Shown here one piece after another: positions 8,813-19,479 of a stretch of 64,000 bases of DNA. The notes under the pieces are model-generated. The model was not told the origin of the DNA. It saw only the letters and a program-made list of their open reading frames with translations, and ran no database searches. Origin of the DNA: Mycobacteriales bacterium (GTDB lineage: Bacteria > Actinomycetota > Actinomycetes > JAFAQI01); assembly GCA_035504215.1 (NCBI GenBank), contig DATJSI010000112.1, forward strand, positions 7,461 to 71,460, given 5' to 3'. The translations under genes were made by a program, and so were the position numbers. Each line of letters opens with the position of its first letter. The stretch's first letter is position 1.

Positions 8813-10105
8813 TTGACAACCGGTCAGGCCGAAGGAGCAGCGGTGCGATCCAGCGCGCGCGGGAAGTGGCGGTTTGCCGTCGCCGTCGCCGCACTCTGCT
8901 CGGTTGCCGCCCTCGGTGGCCCGGGTGTCGCGGCGGCGCAGGCTGCCGGCAGCTCGGCCAAGGTGACGACCTGCGCGGTGCTGTCGAAGGGCTCAACCGG
9001 CCCGGCGGTGCGCGCGATCCAGCAGGCCATCGGCAAGCGGGTCACCGGGAAGTTCGGCGCCGGCACGATCGAGAAGGTCAAGGCGTGGCAGCGCGCGCAC
9101 GAGCTTCCGGCGACCGGCCGGATCGACGCCGGCACCTGGGCGCACCTCCCGCCGTCCGGCCAGGCCGCCTGCGGTGACCGGGTGCTCGGCTCCGGAGTGG
9201 CGCTGAGCTGTGCGCTTCTTTCGAGCGGGTCGTCCGGACTCGCGGTCACGATCCTGCAGCAGATGGTCGGTACGGCGGTCAACGGGCGGTACGGCGGCCC
9301 GACGGTCGATGCCGTCGAGATGGTGCAGGCCGCCGCGGACCTGAAGGTGACCGGTACGACGAACCAGGCGACCTGGCGCGCGCTGACGCTGTTCGGCACG
9401 CCGGAGTGCTCGACCGCGACGTCGGTGCTGCCGCCGAGCGAGTCCGATGCCAAGGCACAGGCGCGAATCCGCAAGCTCGCGGCCGCGCGGCTGGCCGAGT
9501 TGGACAAGCGAGCAGGCACCTCCACGAACCCGGTCGCGCTGCAGGCGATGGCGTTCGCCAAGAGCCAGATCGGCCAGCCGTACGTCTGGGGTGGCACCGG
9601 ACCGAAGGGCTACGACTGCTCCGGGCTGCAGATGACGTCGTACCGCCATGCCGGGCTGACCATCCCGCGCACCGCGGCTGAGCAGTACGCCGGCGCCGGC
9701 CGCCGGATCCCGCTGAACGAGGCGAAGCAGGGCGACCTGTTGTTCTACGCGAGCGACGTGTCGCAGCCGTCGACGGTCTACCACGTCGCGATGTACGTCG
9801 GCGACGGGGACCTTCTCGACGCCCCGCAGACCGGCGAGAAGGTCAAGATCACGCCGATCTGGTCGACCGACCTGCTACCCGTCGTGGTCCGCCCGGTGGC
9901 TGAGCTGGCGCTCCCGGCGAAGGTCGGCGACTCCGGCTGGACGGTGAGCCAGCTTCAGCTCGACCTCAACCGGCACGGCGCCGGGCTTGCCGTCGATGGC
10001 GGTTTCGGTCCGGAGACCGAGGCGGCGGTGAAGTCGTGGCAGCAGGCGCACAAGCTGTCGGTTTCCGGGATCGTCGGCGTCACCACCTGGCTGTCGCTGA
10101 AGTAG
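8813..10105 (+). CDS. Secreted NlpC/P60 peptidoglycan endopeptidase with three PG_binding_1 domains
   Basis: Signal peptide. Three 'G…G..V…Q' peptidoglycan-binding repeats. A coiled-coil linker. An NlpC/P60 core ('PYVWGGTGPKGYDCSGL', 'GDLLFY…YHVAMYVG'). Confidence 0.85.
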   Translation: MTTGQAEGAAVRSSARGKWRFAVAVAALCSVAALGGPGVAAAQAAGSSAKVTTCAVLSKGSTGPAVRAIQQAIGKRVTGKFGAGTIEKVKAWQRAHELPATGRIDAGTWAHLPPSGQAACGDRVLGSGVALSCALLSSGSSGLAVTILQQMVGTAVNGRYGGPTVDAVEMVQAAADLKVTGTTNQATWRALTLFGTPECSTATSVLPPSESDAKAQARIRKLAAARLAELDKRAGTSTNPVALQAMAFAKSQIGQPYVWGGTGPKGYDCSGLQMTSYRHAGLTIPRTAAEQYAGAGRRIPLNEAKQGDLLFYASDVSQPSTVYHVAMYVGDGDLLDAPQTGEKVKITPIWSTDLLPVVVRPVAELALPAKVGDSGWTVSQLQLDLNRHGAGLAVDGGFGPETEAAVKSWQQAHKLSVSGIVGVTTWLSLK

Positions 10106-10483
10106 CCACGGCCTCGGCCGGGACAGGAAAGGCCCCCGGGCAGTAACCGGTCGCTCGCGGCGCGAGCGCGGTTGCCGGCTGGACGGGCCGGCTGCCCGGG
10201 GGCACGGTGACGGTCGGGGATTCGCCGGACGCTATGCGTCTCGGCTGGTCTCACACCGAGTCCGAAGACGGCGCCTAGCTGACGGTCACCTCACGTGTCC
10301 TGTAGGTACTCAACCGCGGACCACCTCCTTTCTCGTGTCCTGCCAGCCTAAGCCTTGCGGGCCCTGCTGCCGATGTTTTTTCTGTCGGCGCTGCGCCGGG
10401 TCAACCCCGCGCTGACCTGCACCGTCGGTGTTGGAGATGGGCTGACAAGGCGACGACGTGCGCCCTAATCTGGAGCGGCTTTC

Positions 10484-12004
10484 TTGCGAACCTGGGGAGA
10501 ACGAGTGACGCTGGCGGCCGAGGGTCGGTCAGCGGCGCCCGACCTGGCTCCGGCGGTGCGCAACCTGCTCGAGCGCGAGCGGCGTGAGCGCCAGCGGCCG
10601 GTCGACGTCTGGGGGCGCCGCTACCTCGGCATGGTTGTGGCACTCGACTTTCTGATCATCCTCATCAGTAGCTTGCTGGCGCTCTATGTCCGCTTCGGCA
10701 ACACCGACCAGCACGTGAGCGGACTGTCGTACTCGACCCTGAGCGTCGTACTGGTCCCGGTGTGGGTGTGCTCGCTCGTGGTCGCCCGGGCCTACGAGGT
10801 GCCCTTCCTCGGCACCGGTGCGGAGGAGTTCAAGCGGGTCAGCACCGCTTCCCTGCGGCTGATGGCCGTGCTCGCCGTGATCGCCTACACCTTCAAGATC
10901 GACCTCGCGCGCGGATACGTCGCGGTCGCACTGCCGGTCGGCACGGTCATGCTGCTGCTCGGTCGCTACGCCCAGCGCCGCTGGCTGCATCACCGGCGGC
11001 GGCAAGGGGCGTACATGCGCCGGGTGCTCGTGATCGGCGGTGTCGACGGCATCCGAGACATCGCCGACCAGTTCAAGCGCGAGCCGTACGTCGGGTACTC
11101 ACTGGTCGGTGCGTGCACGCCGACGTCGAGCGAGGCGCACGTGCTGCCGGACCTCCCGGTGCTCGGCTCGCTCACCCAGGTGCTCAGTGCCGTGGCCGAG
11201 GTCGGAGCGGACACGGTCGCGGTCGCGTCGGGGCCGGGCATGTCACCTGCCGTGCTGCGCCGGCTGTCCTGGGACCTCGAGGGCACGGGGGTGTCCCTCG
11301 TCGTGGCGCCCGAGCTGCTCGACGTGGCCGGGCCGCGGATCAGCGTGCGACCGGTCGAGGGCCTGCACCTGCTGCACGTCGAGGAGCCGGAGCTGTCGGG
11401 CGTGCGCCAGCTGCTCAAGGCGAGCGTCGAGTGGCTCTGCGCGACGGCCGCCTTCCTGCTCGTGCTCCCGCTGCTCGTCGTACTGGCGCTCGTGGTTCGG
11501 CTGGACAGCCAGGGTTGGCCGCTGTTCCGCCAAACCCGGATCGGCAAGAACGGGCGCGAGTTCACCGTCTACAAGATCCGCACGATGCGGGCCGACGCCG
11601 AGTCGCTGCTCGACTCGCTGCGCGAGCAGAACGAGTCCTCCGACGGCTTGCTGTTCAAGATCCGCCAGGACCCGCGCGTGACGCGGGTCGGTTCATGGTT
11701 GCGCAAGTGGTCGCTGGACGAGCTGCCGCAGCTGTGGAACGTCGTCCGGGGCGACATGGCGCTCGTGGGTCCGCGCCCGCCGCTGCCGCGTGAGGTGGCC
11801 AACTACGGCACCGAGGTCGCGCGCCGGCTGCTCGTGAAGCCCGGTATCACCGGGCTCTGGCAGGTGTCCGGCCGGGCGAACCTGAGCTGGGAGGACAGCG
11901 TCCGCCTCGACCTTTACTACGTCGAGAACTGGTCGTTCGCGCTCGACGCCATGATCGTCTGGAAGACGATCTTCGCGGTGCTTCGCCGCGACGGCGCCTA
12001 CTAG
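10484..12004 (+). CDS. Polyprenyl glycosylphosphotransferase (WbaP/CpsE-type exopolysaccharide initiating sugar transferase)
   Basis: N-terminal TM segments plus the C-terminal bacterial sugar-transferase domain ('[10 protein letters not shown]', '[21 protein letters not shown]'). The true start is possibly the GTG at 10505, preceded by GGGGAGA. Confidence 0.9.
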   Translation: MRTWGERVTLAAEGRSAAPDLAPAVRNLLERERRERQRPVDVWGRRYLGMVVALDFLIILISSLLALYVRFGNTDQHVSGLSYSTLSVVLVPVWVCSLVVARAYEVPFLGTGAEEFKRVSTASLRLMAVLAVIAYTFKIDLARGYVAVALPVGTVMLLLGRYAQRRWLHHRRRQGAYMRRVLVIGGVDGIRDIADQFKREPYVGYSLVGACTPTSSEAHVLPDLPVLGSLTQVLSAVAEVGADTVAVASGPGMSPAVLRRLSWDLEGTGVSLVVAPELLDVAGPRISVRPVEGLHLLHVEEPELSGVRQLLKASVEWLCATAAFLLVLPLLVVLALVVRLDSQGWPLFRQTRIGKNGREFTVYKIRTMRADAESLLDSLREQNESSDGLLFKIRQDPRVTRVGSWLRKWSLDELPQLWNVVRGDMALVGPRPPLPREVANYGTEVARRLLVKPGITGLWQVSGRANLSWEDSVRLDLYYVENWSFALDAMIVWKTIFAVLRRDGAY

Positions 12005-12032
12005 CCTCGCCGCAGCGCGCGTCGTCGTCGCG

Positions 12033-12932
12033 CTACTCCCCACCCGCAAGTTCGGGATGCCGGTCGACCGCGGCGTGCAGCGCCTCCTGCCACGGCCGCG
12101 GCGGGGGCAGCCCAGCGGCTTCCCATTTCGCGGTCGAGAGCACGGAGTACGCCGGCCGCGGCGCGGGCCGCGGGTAGGCCGCGGTGGTGGTGGGGTGGAC
12201 CATCGCCGGATCGAGCCCGATCTCCCCGACGATTGCGGCGGCGAAGCCACACCATGTCGTCTCGCCCTGACCGGTGTAGTGCCAGATGCCGGGACGAACC
12301 GATGCCGCGCCGAGCGCGGACAGCGCGACCGCCAGGTCGTGCGACCAGGTCGGTGAGCCGTGCTGGTCGTCGACGACGTCGAGCGCGTCGCGGTCGCGAG
12401 CCAGCCGCGCGATCGACTTCACGAAGTTGGGCCCGGTCGCGCCGTACACCCATGCGGTCCGCACGATGTGGACGTCGCCGCCCGCACTAAGGACGGCCCG
12501 CTCGCCGGCTGCCTTCGAGCGGCCGTAGGCCGACTGCGGAGCGAGCGGGGCGTCGACGTCGTACGGGGTGGACGCGTCGCCGGCGAAGACGTAGTCCGTG
12601 GACAGGTGCAGTAGCCGGGCCCCGTGCGCGGCGCACCAGCGGGCCAGGTGGCCGGGCGCGTCGCCGTTGACGGCGGTCGCGGTTGCCTCGTCGGTCTCTG
12701 CCGCGTCGACCGTGGTGTAGGCGGCGCAGTTGACGACCACCGCGGGCCGGGCGTCGTCGAGCGCCCTGGTGACTGCATCGGGATCGGTGATGTCGAGGTC
12801 GTCGCGACCGAGCCCGACGACTTCGTCGTCGCCGGCTTGAAGGACCGCCATGAGATCCGTGCCGACCTGACCGGTTGCGCCGGTGACCAGCCAGCGGGTC
12901 ACGATGCGACGTGCTTCAGCGGGCGCCACCAC
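12033..12932 (-). CDS. rfbD: dTDP-4-dehydrorhamnose reductase
   Basis: RmlD family ('LVTGATGQVG', 'STDYVF', 'YGRSK'). The likely true start is the GTG at 12902, overlapping the rmlB stop (GTGA). Confidence 0.9.
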   Translation of the reverse strand: MVAPAEARRIVTRWLVTGATGQVGTDLMAVLQAGDDEVVGLGRDDLDITDPDAVTRALDDARPAVVVNCAAYTTVDAAETDEATATAVNGDAPGHLARWCAAHGARLLHLSTDYVFAGDASTPYDVDAPLAPQSAYGRSKAAGERAVLSAGGDVHIVRTAWVYGATGPNFVKSIARLARDRDALDVVDDQHGSPTWSHDLAVALSALGAASVRPGIWHYTGQGETTWCGFAAAIVGEIGLDPAMVHPTTTAAYPRPAPRPAYSVLSTAKWEAAGLPPPRPWQEALHAAVDRHPELAGGE

Positions 12933-13879
12933 TGCTCGTTGTCGCGGTACCAGCGGATCGTGTCCTGCAGGCCCGCTTCGAACTCGACGGCCGGCTGGTA
13001 GCCGAGCTCGGCGCGGAGCTTGGCGTCATCGAGGGAGTACCTCCGGTCATGGCCCTTGCGGTCCTCGACCGGCTCGACGAACGACCAGTCACGACCGCAC
13101 GCGTCGACCAGCCGCTCGGTGAGCTCGCGGTTGGTCAGCTCGGTGCCGCCGGCGATGTTGTAGGTCTCCCCGGTGCGACCGCCCTCGAGGACGAGCGCGA
13201 TGGCGCGGCAGTGGTCATCCACGTGCAGCCAGTCACGGATGTTCAGCCCGTCGCCGTACAACGGCACCGGGAGGCCGTCGATCAGGTTGGTGACGAACAG
13301 CGGGATGACCTTCTCGGGGAACTGGTAGGGCCCGTAGTTGTTCGTGCACCTCGTGATGACGACGTCGAGGCCGTGCGTTACGACATACGAACGCGCGATC
13401 AGGTCGCCACCCGCCTTGGCCGCGGAGTACGGGGAGTTGGGGTCCAGCCGGTCGACCTCCTGGAAGGCGCCGTCGGCGATCGACCCGTAGACCTCGTCGG
13501 TCGACACCTGGAGCACGCGCGGAATGCCGGTGCGCAGGCAGGCGTCGAGCAGGGTCTGGACGCCAACCACGTTGGTCGTCACGAAGTCGGCCGCCCCCGC
13601 GATGGAGCGGTCCACGTGGGACTCGGCCGCGAAGTTGAGAACGGCGTCGTGCCCGGGCAGCACGGTGTCGAGCAGATCCGAGTCGAGGATGTCGCCCTTG
13701 ACGAACGTGTAGCGCGGATCGTCCGCCACCGCGGCGAGGTTCTCCAGGTTGCCTGCGTAGGTCAGCTTGTCGTAGACGGTCACCTCGGCGCCGGCGTACG
13801 ACGGATAACCGTCGGCGAGGAGTGTCCGGACGAAGTGCGAGCCGATGAAACCAGCGCCGCCGGTGACCAGAAGTCGCAC
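12899..13879 (-). CDS. rfbB: dTDP-glucose 4,6-dehydratase
   Basis: 'MRLLVTGGAGFIGS' and 'YSAAKAG' motifs. Full-length RmlB similarity. Confidence 0.95.
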   Translation of the reverse strand: MRLLVTGGAGFIGSHFVRTLLADGYPSYAGAEVTVYDKLTYAGNLENLAAVADDPRYTFVKGDILDSDLLDTVLPGHDAVLNFAAESHVDRSIAGAADFVTTNVVGVQTLLDACLRTGIPRVLQVSTDEVYGSIADGAFQEVDRLDPNSPYSAAKAGGDLIARSYVVTHGLDVVITRCTNNYGPYQFPEKVIPLFVTNLIDGLPVPLYGDGLNIRDWLHVDDHCRAIALVLEGGRTGETYNIAGGTELTNRELTERLVDACGRDWSFVEPVEDRKGHDRRYSLDDAKLRAELGYQPAVEFEAGLQDTIRWYRDNEQWWRPLKHVAS

Positions 13880-13925
13880 GTCGACGAGGCTACGTGACCC
13901 TCGGTTTGGGTAGCGTCATGTTCCG

Positions 13926-14807
13926 ATGAAGGGGATTGTGCTCGCCGGCGGCACGGGATCTCGGCTCTGGCCGATCACGCGCGCGCTGTCCAAGCAGCTG
14001 CTGCCCGTCTACGACAAGCCGATGATCTTCTACCCGCTCACGACGCTGATGATGGCGGGGATCCGGGAAGTCCTGGTCATCACGACCGCCGAGGATGCCG
14101 AGGCCTTTCGCCGGCTGCTGGGCGACGGCTCGGGGTTCGGCATCGACGTCGACTATGCGGTGCAGCCCGAACCGAGAGGGCTGGCCCAGGCGTTCACGAT
14201 CGGCGCGGACTTCATCGGCTCCGACTCGGTCGCCCTGGTGCTCGGCGACAACATCTTCTACGGCTCGGGGCTCGGCACCCAGCTGGCCAGGCTCGCCGAC
14301 GTCGACGGCGGCCACATCTTCGCCTACCAGGTCGCCAACCCGTCCGACTACGGCGTCGTGGAGTTCGATGCGAGCGGTCAGGTCGTCTCGATCGAGGAGA
14401 AGCCGGACCGCCCACGCAGCGCTTACGCCGTACCCGGCCTGTACTTCTACTCCTCCGACGTGGTCGGGATCGCGCGCGGCCTCACGCCGAGCGCGCGCGG
14501 TGAGCTCGAGATCACGGCCGTGAACGACGCGTACCTGCGTGAGGGCCGGCTGACGGTCAGCGTTCTCCCGCGCGGCACGGCCTGGCTCGACACCGGAACC
14601 TTCGGCAGCCTGGTCCAGGCTTCGGAGTTCGTGCGCGTGGTCGAGGAGCGGCAGGGTCTCAAGATCGGCTGCCCGGAAGAGATCGCCTGGCGCAGCGGCT
14701 GGCTCTCCGACGACGAGCTCGCTGCGGCCGGTCACGCTCTGGCGAAGAGCGGGTACGGCGAGTACTTGCTGTCGCTGCTTGCCAACCGGGCCCCGCGGCG
14801 GGCATGA
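13926..14807 (+). CDS. rfbA: Glucose-1-phosphate thymidylyltransferase
   Basis: '[16 protein letters not shown]' and '[13 protein letters not shown]' motifs. Confidence 0.95.
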   Translation: MKGIVLAGGTGSRLWPITRALSKQLLPVYDKPMIFYPLTTLMMAGIREVLVITTAEDAEAFRRLLGDGSGFGIDVDYAVQPEPRGLAQAFTIGADFIGSDSVALVLGDNIFYGSGLGTQLARLADVDGGHIFAYQVANPSDYGVVEFDASGQVVSIEEKPDRPRSAYAVPGLYFYSSDVVGIARGLTPSARGELEITAVNDAYLREGRLTVSVLPRGTAWLDTGTFGSLVQASEFVRVVEERQGLKIGCPEEIAWRSGWLSDDELAAAGHALAKSGYGEYLLSLLANRAPRRA

Positions 14808-15403
14808 AGATCGAGCCGCTCGCGGTCCCGGGCGCCTGGGTCTGCTCGCCGCAGGTGTACGGCGACGACCGCGGCTCGTTCGCGGAGTGGTACCGCGACG
14901 ACCTGTTGCGCGCCGCCACCGGACGGCGGTTCGAGGTCGTGCAGGCCAACCACTCGGTGTCGCGTCGTGGGGTGGTGCGGGGAGTGCACTTCGCCGACGT
15001 TCCTCCGGGACAGGCGAAGTACGTGTACTGCCCCGTCGGCGCCTTCGTCGACATCGTGGTCGACCTTCGGGTCGGGTCTCCGACCTTCGGCGCGGTCGAC
15101 TCGGTACGCCTCGACGACGCGGACCAGCGGGCGGTCTTCATCGCCGAGGGCATCGGCCACGTGCTGTGTGCCTTGGCGGACGGCAGCTCGGCGAACTATC
15201 TGGTGTCGACGCCGTACAACCCGGCGGTGGAGCGGACGATCTCACCGCTCGATCCCGCACTGGGCTTGCCACTGCCCGAGGACCTCGGTGACCTGGTGCT
15301 TTCGGAGAAGGACGCCGCCGCGCCGACCCTCGAACAGGCCATCAATTCAGGCATTCTGCCGACCTACGAAAACTGTTTAGCCCGTTACGGCGAACTCGCC
15401 TGA
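14804..15403 (+). CDS. rfbC: dTDP-4-dehydrorhamnose 3,5-epimerase
   Basis: RmlC cupin ('[10 protein letters not shown]', 'RGVHF'). 4-nt overlap with rfbA. Confidence 0.95.
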   Translation: MKIEPLAVPGAWVCSPQVYGDDRGSFAEWYRDDLLRAATGRRFEVVQANHSVSRRGVVRGVHFADVPPGQAKYVYCPVGAFVDIVVDLRVGSPTFGAVDSVRLDDADQRAVFIAEGIGHVLCALADGSSANYLVSTPYNPAVERTISPLDPALGLPLPEDLGDLVLSEKDAAAPTLEQAINSGILPTYENCLARYGELA

Positions 15404-15683
15404 TTGCCGGCTGATCAACGTCACTCGCTCGCTACACCGCCGTTGCGCCGTCCGGCCGTCTCGTTCCTCCGAATGCCCTTCGATACCTACATCGTGAGTG
15501 AGTCGGGAGTGCCGCAAGCCGGTTCCAACGTCGCGATGCGGCTGCTCGCCGCCGGCGTCCCGTTGTCCTTGTTGATCGACCTCACCTCGCCCGACGGTCC
15601 GGACAGCCGCTTCATTCACGCGACCGAACAGCCGGACCCGATTCGTTGGTGCGCCGGCTGAACGACGGCTCGGTGCCGTGGTC

Positions 15684-16937
15684 TCAGCAGGTGAGCGGGC
15701 CGCCTTGGCGTACCTCGTCGTTGACGGGCAGCAGGTTGGCTTTGACGTAGGCGATGTCGGCAGCCTCGTGGATCGGCGATGGGTAGTACGTCATCAGGTG
15801 GCTGATCTGCCAGCGCGAGGTGAGCGCCGGAATGGTCCTACGCAGTCGCTCCTGCGTGAGATACATGAAGCTGTTCTCGTTGTAGAACGCGACCAGGCTC
15901 GGGTCCTGGAATGCGCCCCGGCCATCCGTGCTCGGCGTATCGGTCAGCAGGAGTCCGGCGGGATCGAGCGCCCGGTGCGCCTCGTTGAGGAACGACGCGC
16001 GGTCGCGCACCCGCGACAATATGTCGACTGCATTCACGACGCCGAGCGCGCCGTCGGGCACGCCGAGCCGCACCTGATCCGGATCGATCATGAGACGCGT
16101 GAAGCGCTCGTCGATGTCGGCGTCGTTGACATTGGCAGGCGCGTCGAGAGCGACGCAGCCGAGCCCGTTGCGGCTCGCCCAGGCAAGCGTCATCGACTCG
16201 ATGTGCTCGCGGTAGAGAGCGATCGTGCCGTCCTGGATCGCGGCATTGAGGGCCGGATCCGCCTGAGTGTTGCGGCGATGAACGCGCTGGAAGTAGAGGC
16301 AGCGCGGGATATGGACGAACTCGCCGAGCTGGAACAGCCGGATCATGAGGTCCTGGTCGTCGAGAACCACCAGGCTCGCGTCGTACCCACCCGCGTCGTC
16401 GTACGCGGTTCGACGGAACGCGCGGACGTGGTTGGGCGCGTACCAGATGTAGCCGACGTTGTGCGGCGTTGCCGCGAGCGACGTGCAACGCAGGTATGTC
16501 GTGCCGTCGATGACCTCGTCGTTGTAGACCCAGCCGTTCGTGGCGTCCCAACGTTCGAGGTTGGGCGAGCCGTCATCGTTGATCTGGGTGAAGTCCGAAT
16601 ATGCGAGGGATGCTGTCGGGTTGCTCGCGAACGCCCGGGCGATCTCGTCGAGAGCGGTGTTGTGCAGGCGGTCGTCGTGGTCGAGCTCGACCAGGATCGC
16701 GCCGGTCGCGAGCTCGCACGCGGCTCGCTTCGCGGAACCGACGCCGCGGATCCGCGAGCTCGCGCGGTGGGTCCGGACCCTGGGATCGGTGGACGGAGGT
16801 CGCCAGTTGGTTGCCTTGCCGTTGAGCAGGACGATCCACTCCCAGTCGGTGAAGGTCTGCGCGAGCAGGCTGTCGAAGGCGTCGTCGAGAAAGCGCGGAT
16901 CGTGGGTCGGCGTGAACACGGAGACGTGCGGCATCAC
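15684..16937 (-). CDS. Family-2 glycosyltransferase fused to a C-terminal class-I SAM-methyltransferase-like domain
   Basis: N-terminal GT2 signature ('VSVFTPTHD…LLAQTF.DWEWIV'). The C-terminal ~170 aa carry MTase post-I/II motifs ('VDILSRVRDRASFLNEAHRALDPAGLLLTDTP'). Confidence 0.75.
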   Translation of the reverse strand: MMPHVSVFTPTHDPRFLDDAFDSLLAQTFTDWEWIVLLNGKATNWRPPSTDPRVRTHRASSRIRGVGSAKRAACELATGAILVELDHDDRLHNTALDEIARAFASNPTASLAYSDFTQINDDGSPNLERWDATNGWVYNDEVIDGTTYLRCTSLAATPHNVGYIWYAPNHVRAFRRTAYDDAGGYDASLVVLDDQDLMIRLFQLGEFVHIPRCLYFQRVHRRNTQADPALNAAIQDGTIALYREHIESMTLAWASRNGLGCVALDAPANVNDADIDERFTRLMIDPDQVRLGVPDGALGVVNAVDILSRVRDRASFLNEAHRALDPAGLLLTDTPSTDGRGAFQDPSLVAFYNENSFMYLTQERLRRTIPALTSRWQISHLMTYYPSPIHEAADIAYVKANLLPVNDEVRQGGPLTC

Positions 16938-16945
16938 CGGGCTCC

Positions 16946-17554
16946 TCAGGGTGCGGCGGACGGATCCGCGCTCGCTGACGGGCCGGCCTTGGAGCGCACC
17001 GACCGCGCGACCGACCGGACGAGCGACCGCAGGTGGCCGGGCACCCGCGTGAGGAGCGCGGGTTCCTCGTTGACGGCAACCGCGAGGTGTTGGATCCCTG
17101 CGTGCGGTGCACCCTGCCTGATCTCGAGCAGGCCGAGGTTCAGCTCCGCCGTCGGGGCAACCGGTTGGAGCGCAATGACCCGCTGATAGGTGCGCATGGC
17201 GAGTCTCGAGTCCGACTTCGCGTAGATCGTCGCCTCGTTGTAGAGCGCGGGGACGTACGCCGGGTTGGCGGTCAGCGCGGCCCGGTAGTCCGCCAGTGCA
17301 CCGGTGTCATCGCCCGCGCTCTGCGCCATCACACCGAGGTCGTAGTGCGCATAGACGTTGTTGGGCTGCGCCTTGATCACCTGGAGGTAGAGCTGGCGGG
17401 CTTGGTCGAGGTTGCCCTGTTGTTGGAGCTGGAGCGCCGCAGCGAGGGTCGCCGCCGTCGTGTTGGTGCGTCCGGCGGGGCTTGAGCCGCTGCAACTCGC
17501 CACGGTGAGACCGAGCGCCACGATCAGAGCGGCGTAGAGCGGATGGCCTGGCAC
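16946..17554 (-). CDS. TPR-repeat lipoprotein
   Basis: Lipobox 'LTVASC'. At least three TPR motifs ('AHYDLGVMAQSAGD…YRAAL…NPAYVPALYNEA'). Confidence 0.7.
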   Translation of the reverse strand: MPGHPLYAALIVALGLTVASCSGSSPAGRTNTTAATLAAALQLQQQGNLDQARQLYLQVIKAQPNNVYAHYDLGVMAQSAGDDTGALADYRAALTANPAYVPALYNEATIYAKSDSRLAMRTYQRVIALQPVAPTAELNLGLLEIRQGAPHAGIQHLAVAVNEEPALLTRVPGHLRSLVRSVARSVRSKAGPSASADPSAAP

Positions 17555-17823
17555 CGTCGATCTCCCGTCGCTTCACGACGGCCGCTGCGGCGACCGGACA
17601 GCTGCCGTCAGGGTCGGGTTGATCCGGCAAGACTTTATCGCTGCGACTGCTCGGCTCGGCGTAGCTCGCAACGGTCGGTCGATCGCCCCACCGCACCCCC
17701 TGTGCGCCTGCTGGCCGACTGCTCGATCGGCGGATTTCTCTCGCGCACGCGCTGTGCTTACATGAGCGCGCGACGCGCCTGGTCCCGCGGGTCGGTGCCT
17801 TCGGCTGTTCCCTCCTACACCGG

Positions 17824-18492
17824 GTGTTCTTCGTGTCCATGCCTGCGCGGTCTCCTCGTCGCGCGCTTGCGTGCGCTGCCGGCGCAGTCGCGATCGCCGC
17901 CCCTGCGCTCACGACCGGCTGGGCCGGTACGGCGAACGCGGCGATCCCATCGGCGAACGGGAAGATCTACGCCTGCTACAACCCCAAGCACGGCAACCTG
18001 CGCGTGTACGCGAAGGGGCACCGGGCGGCGCACTGCCCGGCCGGGTACAAGTCGGTGAGCTGGAAGGTCAAGGGAGCCAAAGGCGCGACCGGCAAGCGGG
18101 GTGCACCCGGGAAACGCGGCGCGACCGGGAAGCGCGGCGCGAAGGGTGCCCGCGGCGCGCAAGGTGCGCAGGGCCCACAGGGCGCGCAGGGCGCGCAGGG
18201 CCCGCAAGGCGCGCAGGGCCCGCAAGGTCCGCAAGGAGCCCAAGGTCCCCAGGGTGCTTCGGGGAGTGGTATTGCGACGATCGTTGAGAACGGCGCAAGC
18301 GCGGGGACCTCGACGGCCAACTGTCCGACGGGAGACGTTGCCACCGGCGGCGGATTTAACAATGGTGCCGTGACAGCGTCGTTCCCCGTCAACGGAACTA
18401 CGTCATCGCCACCGACGGGATGGGAGGCAATCGCCGTCTCCGGCAGTGTGGTTGCGTTTGTGATCTGCGCACCGGGGGTCCCATCCGGCTAG
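17824..18492 (+). CDS. Secreted collagen-like (Gly-X-Y) triple-helix repeat protein
   Basis: Signal peptide. About 23 uninterrupted GXY triplets ([14 protein letters not shown]…GAQGPQGAQ…). A ~70-aa Gly/Thr-rich C-terminal domain. Confidence 0.7.
   Translation: MFFVSMPARSPRRALACAAGAVAIAAPALTTGWAGTANAAIPSANGKIYACYNPKHGNLRVYAKGHRAAHCPAGYKSVSWKVKGAKGATGKRGAPGKRGATGKRGAKGARGAQGAQGPQGAQGAQGPQGAQGPQGPQGAQGPQGASGSGIATIVENGASAGTSTANCPTGDVATGGGFNNGAVTASFPVNGTTSSPPTGWEAIAVSGSVVAFVICAPGVPSG
18070..18280 (+). repeat. Coding GXY triplet repeat (9-bp periodicity) inside the collagen-like gene
   Basis: Reiterated 'ggcgcgcagggcccgcaaggt…' units seen directly in the sequence. Confidence 0.8.
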
Positions 18493-18540
18493 ACAAGGCT
18501 GAAAACGCGGTTGCTGCTCCGGCGCTCCTAGCATGGACGG

Positions 18541-19452
18541 GTGGGTAGCCCTCTGCTCGATCGTCCTGGCGCGGTGGCGGGCCGCGGGGTCGACGCATCG
18601 GTCGCCGCGCACTACGGCGACTCGTTCGGCGAGCAACGCCGGCTGATCGAGGCCGGCGCAGTCGTGGACCGGTCGCATCGCGGGGTGCTGCGCATCGACG
18701 GCGCGGACCGCTTGTCCTGGCTGCATTCGCTCACGACGCAGCACCTCGAGTCGTTGCCCGCCGGCGAGCCACGCCAGGCGCTGATCCTGTCGCCGCACGG
18801 TCATGTCGAGCATCACCTCACTCTCACCGACGACGGCGCCTCGACATGGATCACGGTCGAGCCGGAGACCGTGGCGGCGCTCACGGCGTACCTCGAGTCG
18901 ATGCGGTTCATGCTTCGGGTCGAGGTCCACGACGTCACCGTGGAGCATGCTGTGGTGTCGGTCCGCGCCGATGAGCAGTGGAAGGACCTGCTCGTGCCGC
19001 GGCCGGAGCTCGCTGCCCGGGTGGACGCGCTCGGCCTGCCGCTGGTCGGGCTCGGCGCCTACGAGGCGCTGCGGGTCGAGGCACGGGTGCCCAGGCTCGG
19101 GTTCGAGACCGACCATCGCACGATCCCGCACGAGCTCGGGTGGATCGGCGACGCCGTACATCTCGACAAAGGCTGCTACCGCGGTCAGGAGACGGTGGCG
19201 AGGGTCCACAACCTCGGCCGCCCGCCGCGGCGGCTGGTGTTCGGTCATCTCGACGGGACGAAGGACGAGCTTCCGCCACCGCATACGCCGATCGAGCTCG
19301 ACGGGCGGGTGGTCGGCTTTCTCGGTACGGCGGTCCAGCACGCCGAGCTCGGCCCGGTCGCGTTGGCCGTGATCAAGCGGCAGACGGCGGACGACGCGAT
19401 GCTCTCGGTCGCGGGAATGGCGATGAAGGCCGAACGAGTGGTCGACGCTTAG
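18541..19452 (+). CDS. ygfZ: Folate-binding YgfZ/GcvT-like protein (Fe-S cluster repair / tRNA modification)
   Basis: GcvT-like N-terminal domain and the diagnostic 'KGCYRGQE' motif. Confidence 0.85.
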   Translation: MGSPLLDRPGAVAGRGVDASVAAHYGDSFGEQRRLIEAGAVVDRSHRGVLRIDGADRLSWLHSLTTQHLESLPAGEPRQALILSPHGHVEHHLTLTDDGASTWITVEPETVAALTAYLESMRFMLRVEVHDVTVEHAVVSVRADEQWKDLLVPRPELAARVDALGLPLVGLGAYEALRVEARVPRLGFETDHRTIPHELGWIGDAVHLDKGCYRGQETVARVHNLGRPPRRLVFGHLDGTKDELPPPHTPIELDGRVVGFLGTAVQHAELGPVALAVIKRQTADDAMLSVAGMAMKAERVVDA

Positions 19453-19479
19453 GCGACGGTCGCAGATGGCGGCCGGTTC

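Noticed and set aside
10285-10300. 16S rRNA 3'-end-like sequence as evidence of an rRNA gene
   Set aside because: Only 16 nt match. No flanking rRNA sequence. It is treated as a possible regulatory anti-SD mimic instead.
15404-15661. 85-aa ORF between rmlC and the GT2 gene ('MPFDTYIVSESGVPQAGSNVAMRLLAAGVPLSLLIDLTSPDGPDSRF…')
   Set aside because: No recognisable family and no obvious RBS. It could be a real small protein but the evidence is insufficient.
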